From the NCBI GenBank assembly GCA_013115125.1, contig JABANN010000162.1, positions 1 to 58,738 on the forward strand: a stretch of DNA of 58,738 bases, written 5' to 3'. Shown one piece after another: positions 49,709 to 58,738 of the stretch. The notes beneath the pieces were generated by a model. That model made no database searches. It was not told where the DNA came from and saw only the letters and a list, made by a program, of their open reading frames with translations. Within the stretch, counting starts at the first letter, position 1; every line of letters starts with the position of its first letter. The translations under genes were made by a program, and so were the position numbers. The stretch is from Perkinsus olseni (lineage: Eukaryota).

Positions 49709-50084
49709 GCTTCAAACGTTCATTGGTATTGACCCGCTAGTTGCTTGTTGAAGGTAGGGGACGCCCCCAGTCTCAAGTTTTGACTCTGGTTCAATCTCCA
49801 CCTCTGACCTCCCGCCATGCACAGTGCAAGAAATTCCAAGCACGGCAGCACAGGACAGTTTCATACAAATGTACGTGACTTAGGAAATATCACAGATACC
49901 ACATCAGAATTCGAGTTTCAACCTCAAATGAAGCCTTCACGTCGATAACATTCGATAACTTCATGTTAATAACGCAAGAAGCATCATCATAGGGTGGGAG
50001 AATTATATCCTCGATACATCAAAGTAATAGCAACAAGATAGGTATCTATGGTGTAATATGAAAGAAAATGAATAATAGAATTAC

Positions 50085-51203
50085 TCATGCGGAGAGTTGA
50101 GCTGCTGACTGTTGCTTCTTAGAAGAGTGTCGACTCCTATGAGACCTCCTCGACTTCTTGCTTTGCTGAATCGCCTTCTGCTGTTGGTTGGAAGTGGTGC
50201 GGTCCAGGAAGTTATTGAACACTTTGTCGACGTCTTGCTCAGCATCCTTCAATACACCGACAAGATCCTCGGCAGCGTTCCTGTCTTGAACCATTCCGGA
50301 GTCATCCAACATGTCAATGAACTGCTTAGCAGTATCATCGAGAGCAGGAGTAGTAGCAGGCGCCCTGCCTTCGACCAGGTCGTCGATATGATCAGCGACT
50401 CTCTGAAGGTCGTCAGGAGAGCTCACGAGCCGCCCTACAAGGTCCTCGGCAGCCTTCTTGTTATCGACGAAGCCCATCTTAGTGAGGAGGTCCACCATCA
50501 TGTCGGATGCCTCCTTAGGTGAGGAGACCTGCCTCTCGACGTGGAACTGCTTGGGTGCCTTGTCACCGACCTGCTCGTACCCACTGGCTTCGATCTCACC
50601 AGTAGTGGACGACTCCTTGGGAGCCTTTGTTGCTGACTGCTGCACTTCCTTGGAGGACTTCTTCTCAGAAGCGCCAATCTGCTTAGAAGCAGAGGAAGAT
50701 ACGGCCTTTCGGGAGGTGGCGTCGTCACGAGCTTGAAGGCAGTCAAGAATGGCATTCAAGTCAGAGTCAGCTGCTACCAAACCATCGACGAAATCGTCAG
50801 CGGCATCGAGAGTATCCATGTAGTCCATGTCGTCTAGGAACCGAGCGAGAGTATCGGCAACGTCCACCTGCTGAGCCACCTCCTCAGGGAGCTGACTCGA
50901 GGATAACGGAACCTCTTCACCCTCAGACTGGATGAACAAGTCCAACACGGGGGTACTGTTAGACGAGGAAGAAGCACCTTCTCGCACCGTCGCAATAGCG
51001 TCACCCAAAGACAGGTCGTTGAGAAGGCAAATCTCACCGTACTCATCAATGTAATAAATACGGTATTGTTTATCCTGCAATTGAGTCCAAGTCTTCTCAA
51101 TATAACCCTTGATCTGACAAATATCAGTCAACTTCTCCGAGTCAACCCTCACCCTCATCGTCTGAGTTCTGGTACGAAGCTTGAGAATAAGATCACTTGA
51201 CAT
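50085..51203 (-). CDS. PB1-like protein, copy B (inverted near-identical duplicate of copy A)
   Basis: 372 aa ORF almost identical to 43769-44893; the flanks are also duplicated. Confidence 0.8.
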   Translation of the reverse strand: MSSDLILKLRTRTQTMRVRVDSEKLTDICQIKGYIEKTWTQLQDKQYRIYYIDEYGEICLLNDLSLGDAIATVREGASSSSNSTPVLDLFIQSEGEEVPLSSSQLPEEVAQQVDVADTLARFLDDMDYMDTLDAADDFVDGLVAADSDLNAILDCLQARDDATSRKAVSSSASKQIGASEKKSSKEVQQSATKAPKESSTTGEIEASGYEQVGDKAPKQFHVERQVSSPKEASDMMVDLLTKMGFVDNKKAAEDLVGRLVSSPDDLQRVADHIDDLVEGRAPATTPALDDTAKQFIDMLDDSGMVQDRNAAEDLVGVLKDAEQDVDKVFNNFLDRTTSNQQQKAIQQSKKSRRSHRSRHSSKKQQSAAQLSA

Positions 51204-51921
51204 AACTTGAAAGTATTTATGAAAGAAAATTCAAAGTAAACTGCCAAAATATAATGTCACCACCGACGAGTTTTGTTATAACAAACCTTAAACAACCTCA
51301 CGAAGCACGGATTATCACCATCAAGCATTCTAGCCACAGTGGCTGAAGTTCGGGACACAGGACGCAACCGTACCACAATTTGCACAACTTGTCTCGGACG
51401 GGGCCCATCAACTCAAACTAAACTTGCACACCGTCGACGAGTTTTCATACATATTGAATACCATTCAAGAGTCGTACGATATCATAAGCCACAACGACCG
51501 ACCACGATGGTAAAGTATCCCAGCTACAACCGGGCACACGACGGCGGTAGACAGCGCAAGATACCACCCCGACGAGACCCCTTTGTCCCGGTCGAGTTTC
51601 AACCAGGAACTAGCCTATCATTCCTGTAAACTTGACCTTACCTATCGCTCTTCTCCTAAAGAGTATCTGCAGTCGTCTAGCGTCCGGTATTGACCTCGCT
51701 GTTTTCAGCACTCACCACGCACACTGTCGAGACCGTTACTTGAGGTTACCACTTGCGCAGCATTGTGACACTGTGTCGCGGCTTGGAACAGACAGCTAGG
51801 GTACTAGCTCGGCGCATAACGAGTTTATCATCTTCAGGAATTATGTGGTTGAGAGCAGACGACGAGAAGCCAATCTCTTATGTTTAGTTCAAGTTTGATA
51901 GAATTCTTTCATAGTATAATT

Positions 51922-53082
51922 ATGTCATCAACTGCAAGTGTATTGTGCTTCAAGTTGCACTCCGATTCCCAGACTATTCGCGTAAGAGTGGATCCAGAGG
52001 CGTGCCAAACTTATGAGCAGCTCTGTGGTTATGTCGAGAAGGCCTGGCGTGAGCTTCAGTTCCGAGACTATCGTCTATTCTATATGGATGACTGTGGTGA
52101 ATTGTGCCTCCTCAACAACCTCTCTTTATCGGATGCTTTGGCGCTAGCCAAAAAGGCAGGAAAAGGGACTCCTAATGCTGTTCCTGTGATGGATATCTTT
52201 GTCGATGTGCATGGCAGAGAGGCCCCGAGTTTCACTCCTTTGGAACCAGACGCCTTGATGGTAGCTGACTTGCTTGACGAGCTGGGCTATGTCGTCGATC
52301 CACTGTCTGCCTTGCGTTTGGTTGACGGTTTGGAAGCCGCTGATCAGGATATTAACAAAGTAGCCGACTCTTTGAAGACCAGGAAGGCTTCGAAGGCTGA
52401 GAAGAAGGTCCCTGAGAAGGTCGAGGCTTCGAAGGCTGAGAAGAAGGTCCCTGAGAAGGTAGAGGATTCGAAGGCGGTGTCTGAGGACAAGGTATTTGAC
52501 TCTTCGAAGGTTGAGAATTCTGAGACGGTGAAAATGGATAAAAAGTCGGCAGTCGACAAGAAAAACGATGAAGCTGAGAAGCAGGAGCATAAGAAGCCTG
52601 AGGTGACGGTGAACTGTGAGAAGACTGTCCGCCGTTCTGACAGTGAGCCTGAAGTTGTACGCATGCACAAGGAGGTGTCTTCCGAGAAGGAAGCCAGAGA
52701 CACCATGGTCGACTTCTTGAACAAGTCCGGTTTCGTGAAGGGCAAGAAATCCGGTGAGCAGCTCGTGAACAACATGTTCGACGACCTTTCAAGTATGCAG
52801 AAGGTGGCCGATAGGTTGATGGGCTATGAGAAGGCTGACACAAAGAAGAACTCAAAGGAGGTTGAGAACGAGGCCAAGGAGCTCCAAAGCGCAACGGGTG
52901 ACCCCGTAGCAAGAAACTTCGTCGATATGTTGAGCGACTTCGGACTCATTCAGAACAAGGCTGCTGCGAGGGAGCTGGCCAGCGCTCTCATGGCCTCTCA
53001 GGCTGATCTCAAGGACCTTTCGAAACGCTTGGGGTCCAGGAGAACTGATGGCTCGACTGCACACAGGAGCCTATCACACTAA
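51922..53082 (+). CDS. Diverged PB1-like paralog with a Lys/Glu-rich internal repeat
   Basis: FKLHSDSQTIRVRVD...YRLFYMDDCGELCLLNNLSLSDAL; ASKAEKKVPEKVE occurs twice; shares KEVSS.KEA.D.MVD.L.K.GFV with copies A and B. Confidence 0.75.
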   Translation: MSSTASVLCFKLHSDSQTIRVRVDPEACQTYEQLCGYVEKAWRELQFRDYRLFYMDDCGELCLLNNLSLSDALALAKKAGKGTPNAVPVMDIFVDVHGREAPSFTPLEPDALMVADLLDELGYVVDPLSALRLVDGLEAADQDINKVADSLKTRKASKAEKKVPEKVEASKAEKKVPEKVEDSKAVSEDKVFDSSKVENSETVKMDKKSAVDKKNDEAEKQEHKKPEVTVNCEKTVRRSDSEPEVVRMHKEVSSEKEARDTMVDFLNKSGFVKGKKSGEQLVNNMFDDLSSMQKVADRLMGYEKADTKKNSKEVENEAKELQSATGDPVARNFVDMLSDFGLIQNKAAARELASALMASQADLKDLSKRLGSRRTDGSTAHRSLSH

Positions 53083-53649
53083 CTCCTCTACAAATACTGT
53101 CTTAACCATTATGAGATATATGAATTTAATGAGCTCTGTGAGATACTCTCTGCCTAGATCTTATCTGGCGATTCTTCACTACTGTGTGCATGTTGCGTAT
53201 AGTCATCTTCTTTGGCGGGCTGATCGGGGGTTGACTTACATGGTGTCCGCCTACCCGAGCGAAGACGGGCGGCTAGATCTGCGGAAACTGGCAAGGTGAA
53301 TATAGATAGGTCCTGTCCACGAGGCTCAACCAATGGGTTGATTAGAGAAATCATGGGACGAAGACGCCGCAAGTCCGTCGGAGCCTCAGCTAATCAACCT
53401 TAAGGGGTCTCCTCTCAACATGTCCAAACATATGATACCTATCGAGGGCGTGTGAGGGCAAGGCTTTGTGCTACATCGAACCGCACGGTCGAGGTTGATT
53501 GTGGCAGGAAATGACTCAATCTGAGTGTTAAGAAACATTATTCATCCATCCTTGCGGTCCTAACACCACTATTTCATGCAATACAGCTATCGACTGAATT
53601 CAAGGTTCCTCAGAGAAATAATCGTTCCGACGCCTTTGGCCCTGTCGAC

Positions 53650-56330
53650 CCTCGACGGCTCCCCAACCTAAACAGAACCAACAAACGCCTACCAAGTGCC
53701 AGCCAAATCAACTAACGGATCCGAGCTTCTCACATCAATGAGCCTCGGGGGTCGCTGTGTCGCTGCTGTCCACGCGTGACGCTCATCTTGGTCAGTGCGA
53801 GCCGAGGACGGCCATTCCGGATGCACACGCCTCGGTGTAGTAGCAAGATGGTGTAGCCACACCGGGAGTCGTTCAGTGATATCTCCTTCATAGTGGTACG
53901 TCTTACCTGGCCGACCAGCTCGACTCGTCAGGGGGTCTACAGAATGAAACCACCTGTCCCGGTCTCCCGTGCGCTCGAGCCGATCCAATGCGCGCTTGCA
54001 CACTTCATCGTCGTCTTTCGCGGTGTGATGAATGGTCCACCAGCACTCGCAGAATGTCTTTCTTCTGTCATGCGAAGATTCGGCAGCCCAGTCGACGGCA
54101 AACCAGCGCTCGAAGCTTGGAAAACCTTCCTGTAGGAATGGACGCAGCGGAATGGCCGCTGTGCTTCTTTAGAGGGTCTACAGCCATGGACGACCGGTAG
54201 CTCCACTGGAGTGAACATCTCCGCGTGGACCCTCGAAGCCTCGGAACAGTCACGATGGAGACTTTCCTGTTCCCCGGGCCTCCGAAGGACTAGAAGAGCT
54301 TCACGACGCCGCGCACTAACAACAGCTTGATGAATGAGGCGACTCCAAAGACTAGCGATATGCAGCAACCGCTTAGCTCGTTGGGCTCGCCAGAACCTGA
54401 AGAAGCAGTGGCCGGGGGGACGGCCGAGACCGGGGAAGACCCTGCCTCTGTATGAGCACAACATACGGCGCGATGTCTTCTGTGGTATCCTCAATGGAAG
54501 AACACCAAGAGCTCGTCATCGAAGACGACTGAAACGATAGACTAACGTCAACAGCAAGTGGTACGGCCACCTCTGAAGGGTTGGTCGCCTTCTTGGTTCG
54601 AGCTGCCAGCTCGTCAGTGAGCCTACGGTTGATGGTCTCGAGCTCGATGATGCGGTCTGTGGCGATATGGAGTCGTTCATGAGCTTCGTCGCATTCCTCG
54701 GCAACCCGCTCGGCCAGACATAGAGGGGGACAGATCGCGCTAGACGTCTGAGGAGACAAAGTCTCGGTGGGCCAGGAGCGTGACCCACACCTACCCGTCG
54801 CAAACGCTCGTTGGCATCATCCAGCTGGAGCTGTTGCTTCCTTATCGTCTCCGCCTGCTCTTCAATCTTCTCGTCAGCACGCTTGAAAAGCTCCGAGTAC
54901 ATCTCCCGAGCAGAGTTGCCTTGGAGAAGCGGCGTTGTCGGGGACAGCATCCTCCGACCAGACAAAGGGGAGTACTGGCCGTACCTAGATGACCGTCATC
55001 AATACATCGCGGACGGGCGGACGGACGGCGAGTTTCTACATCTCCATGGCGACGGCTGCAGGGATTTTCAGCGGTGGTACCGGGGACCTTGCACGATCGG
55101 CCTTCGTGGGCGAGCTGGCCGACTTTGAAGGGCTCTGAATAGGTTCCTAGAGTTTCGACTTGCTAAACTAATGAACTCGGCTCACTTCGCCGCTGCTCAC
55201 AGGAAGGGCATCAGCGAAAGCGGACCTCAACATCAGCTGCGATCGTTGCTCACCCAAGCTCCCAGGTACAGAAGGCGTTGGAGGGGCCATAGAGATGACA
55301 ATGCTTTAAGGTAGCTAACAAGCCCACACCATGACGAGCACTCAAGATCGACGTTCGGGTGGTGATGACGACTAATCCTGTTACATGCCTTTCAGAGAAT
55401 TCAGAGCCGCTGCGAGTCGATCAGCGGCTTGCACAGTGAGTGGGTCGAACCTGAGTCAAGTACAGCAACCCTGATGGAGGGAGACGCGCGAGCTACCCGG
55501 AACTAGATATCGAAGAGGGCGATGATCGCCCGGCGATCCTCGGTCGCGCGGATGGGTACCTCTGGGGTCGGGTGACGCCTCCCTCTAGCGGCCCTTGTTC
55601 TTCTTCCAAGAAGTCCTCAGGCGACACAGGAACAGCATCAACCGCGAATCTTGGCTTAGTCCTTCTAGTGGTCTTGGCCGTACCTCGGACAGCACACTCC
55701 CCAATCGACATGCAAACCATGTCGAGTTCACCATACCAGCAACTCTCGTATGGACACCAAGGAAGGGTGCGGCTGCCGGAGAGTGACCAGACGCCGCCCT
55801 TGCCGCTCCTTGGCTGCGAGCTTTCTGCTCAATCGCATCCTGAGGGTAGAAGCATGCAGTGTCCAGTTGACAATGATTAGGCTACTCTCTGTAGCGCTGT
55901 CATCGTCAGTTCTGGCGGCAAACACCAATGGTCGGCCGCCGGGCCGCTCTGGCGGAGCTCTCCGATGAGGTCTCCACTTACGGAGTCCCACAACCTCAGC
56001 GTATGATCACCATTGCTCAGAGTGAACAACTGGACAGGCAAGGCGACCATTGCCTCTTCGCGTCCTGGCGGCGGGTTGTCTCACTATATTCATCCCTTGG
56101 GAAGGATACACCAACAAGCGCTCAGCCTTCACTCTATTCGGAACGATAGAGCTCCACTCGAGGCGAACGCTCTAATGAGAGAGCTCGTCAAGGTACTGCG
56201 GCAGCGGCCACACACCTGCTGGAGTGCTTCAAGGCTTAGCGGCTCAGAAGTCGAATAACCAGTGCCTGGTCGTGATGGGCTGGCATACGGCAACTCACTG
56301 GCGGACTCAGCTATCCACTGAGCGAGGGGA
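53650..56330 (+). mobile_element. Highly degenerate retroelement relic(s) with RNase H-like motifs
   Basis: Fragmentary frames give SAFVGELA (about 55097), AHRKGI (about 55195), TYGVPQ (about 55976) and GNSLADSA (about 56290), broken by stops and frameshifts. Confidence 0.35.
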
Positions 56331-57387
56331 GCATATTATCCGGACGATGGTAATGGAAACGATCCTACGTCGACGGCGTCGGTGCAGTCCCACTTCATAA
56401 CGGCACCGCATTTACTAGCTATGAAGAGGACCCGCTTCGTACGGCTGGCGGCGCGCATGGACATAGAGCTCTTCATGCTGTGTGCGGGCGAGGACGCAGG
56501 CACTCCTTCGTCCCTGCCCGGCATCGGTCGATCTTGATAGGGTCTGATCCTCTTACGACTGAGTCATAGTTCTTCGAACAGAAGGGCTGCAGTTCACAGC
56601 GGACAAATTCTCCTCGCCAACAGTCGCCGCCGAGATCATCATGAAAGGTTCCTAAGGACGCCATGAGACGATGTCGAAAGCTTCGATGATGATCATACTG
56701 AGGAGCCTGGAGGAATGATAATTGCTTATTGCAGTATCGGGGAGGGCGAAGCGGCGTGACTGCGATGGTCCCTCGGCTACGGGTTAACGACTCACGTATC
56801 GGATTCAGAAGCGGCCACAGCGCGACTGCGATCCAGGAACCCGGTAAGGGCTCGGGCCGCTCACGTTGTCATCTTTGCTGACCACTGTTGGAGTCTTCGA
56901 GTCAGCTGTGCTGCTCCAAGCGAACCTCCAAGACTGCCGCGGCTCGAACCTCTCCATGGGGAGGAGGCCAAACAGTGTAGTGATGCCAGCGACACTGAGA
57001 GTGAGCGTAGCCGAGACCTGCTGGTCGCTCGACGGGGAACCACCCATGTAGCTGACCAGGCAGATACCATTCGACCGGCCTGTGGAGAACAACGGAAGCT
57101 CGTTAGTTCAACAGACTCAACGGCACAGCAAGCACCTTCGCCTGGGGCCCGAGGCGCCGCTCTACATCTTTCCAGCTTGCCAGAGTCGATGCGATACCTT
57201 GACCGATACTGTGGCAGGGGCTCGAGCCGCATTAGAATTCGTTGAGAAGGAAGCACATGAGCATCAGAGGTCTACCATGATATCATTCCCTCATCAGTTC
57301 CATAAGCTACTTGACGGCCTTGGAGTAAGTAGTCGATCGCCGCAGTATTAGAGGCTCCCAAATCGAGCACCTTCGACACACGGGAGA

Positions 57388-58647
57388 TCATCGCGCGTGA
57401 TGAGCACTGCAGGCAATTACCTTGAGGACCGCCGCTGGCTGGCTCCCGTCATTATCGGTTATGGTGCTAGCGTCATGGATGATGAGTTGGCGACCAGCAC
57501 ACAGCGAAAAGATACGCTGGCCAAGCCAGCTGATGTTGCTGATAGCTCTTGCGTGGCTCCTCAAAGCTTTCACCTGGGGTGCTTAACAGTCGAGCTACAG
57601 TCCTTTCACCCGTACTGGACGGAGGCCTCGTCTACGCCTCACGGTTGGATTCTACTAATACGATGGAGCGCACCTTAGCCATCACGGCATAGTTGTAAAC
57701 GATCAGAGAACCTGTATCAGTTCCTAGGACTATCAAACGCTCATCACAGCGCTCCATGCACATAGCTGAGATCGGAGAGGGTGCTGCCTCGGTGAACACC
57801 TGAAATGATCTCGAAACCGTTCATGCCTCACAAAGGCTTACCAAAAGCCTCCTGCCGGTAAGGGCGTCCCACACGATGGTATCGCGGTCTGCCACAAGCA
57901 CCACATGGCCCAGCCGACCATTGATGGCGACCGCCTGAGAGGACCTTACTAGCGTGAGCGGCCCAAGCCAGAAGTTAGCGGATGAAACTCGCCTGTGGAG
58001 GGATTGGAGCGTCGCAAGTAGCTGACAAGCGGGTTTCGTCCCGGCAAAAGAATAGGAGACGTCGTCCTGCCTGATCAGTGGACGCTGCTATCACCGTATG
58101 GACATTACTGTATACATGAGCACCCAAGCCGTCGACCTTTCTTACGATGGCGACTAGATCAGGCGTGATGAACACCAAGCATCGAGGGTCAACAGGCCCA
58201 TCGTCCACGCCTTTCAGCAAGCCATGCGCCGCGTTGAACGTCTGCAGGCACTGACGTCCACCGATATTCCACAACCTTACCTGACCAATACAACTGCTTC
58301 TGAATGAAGCACCTTGAAAGGATCCCCACAGTGCCGCCCATATCAGCACTCAGACACTGAGAGTCATCGTTGCCGCTCTCTCGACCTGAGTGGTGACTTA
58401 AGGAGCCGATGACCTGGCAAAACTTGGTGGTGCATTCCAAGCACAGCGGCAGCCTACTTCAAGAGCTGTGACGGCGCAGCTGTGGCCTTCCAAGCTTCCC
58501 ATCCTAAGCGACATGCCTCCTATCAAAACTCTCGCGGTAGGTCGAGCTCACCTGACCCCGGTCAGAGCATCCCAGAGGTGTATTGCGCTGTCGAAACCAG
58601 CGCTGACCAGAGTGCCTGAACTACGGTTTATGCGGTGGACTGGACGG
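57388..58647 (-). CDS. WD40-repeat protein (internal exons; 5' end beyond the window, 3' end uncertain)
   Basis: TLVSAGFDSAIHLWD, SHHSG...CLSADMGG/VRLWNI and LRSHARAISNISW, with GT-AG boundaries. Confidence 0.7.
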
Positions 58648-58669
58648 CCTGTGTAAATTTAGAGACAAC

Positions 58670-58738
58670 GCCCGATTAGTTCAGCTGGATAGAATGTCTG
58701 CCTACGGAGCAGATGGTCGTAGGTTCGAATCCTGCATC
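58670..58738 (+). tRNA. tRNA-Arg(ACG), last few nt cut by the window end
   Basis: Acceptor 5' strand GCCCGAT, D-arm GTTC-AGCTGGATA-GAAT, anticodon arm TCTGC-CTACGGA-GCAGA, T-arm GTAGG-TTCGAAT-CCTGC, then ATC pairing with the acceptor. Confidence 0.92.

Overview
Eukaryotic genomic DNA with many 40-70 nt GT-AG introns mixed with intronless genes, most consistent with a Perkinsus-like alveolate (inferred from gene style and content). Recognisable genes: a DHHC palmitoyltransferase, a FAH-family hydrolase, CDC14, a C11orf54/PTD012 (DUF1907) homolog, an ALMT/FUSC-type transporter, two inverted papain-family proteases, a roughly 10.5 kb multi-exon type-I membrane receptor-like gene, a WCHPC thioredoxin with an N-terminal extension, a family of PB1-like proteins, two F-box-like paralogs, a WD40 gene, and a tRNA-Arg(ACG) cut by the window end. 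Mobile relics: a MULE/SWIM transposase, a Ty3/Gypsy RT fragment and degenerate RNase H-like segments. The most unusual signal is a dispersed set of tRNA 3'-half/B-box relics of apparently different isotypes. They sit inside short spliceosomal introns (eight introns of one gene, plus a full A-box/B-box unit straddling a 3' splice site) together with a strongly enriched sense-strand intronic motif, G(G/A/C)GTATCTT. All exon boundaries were read by eye and are approximate.
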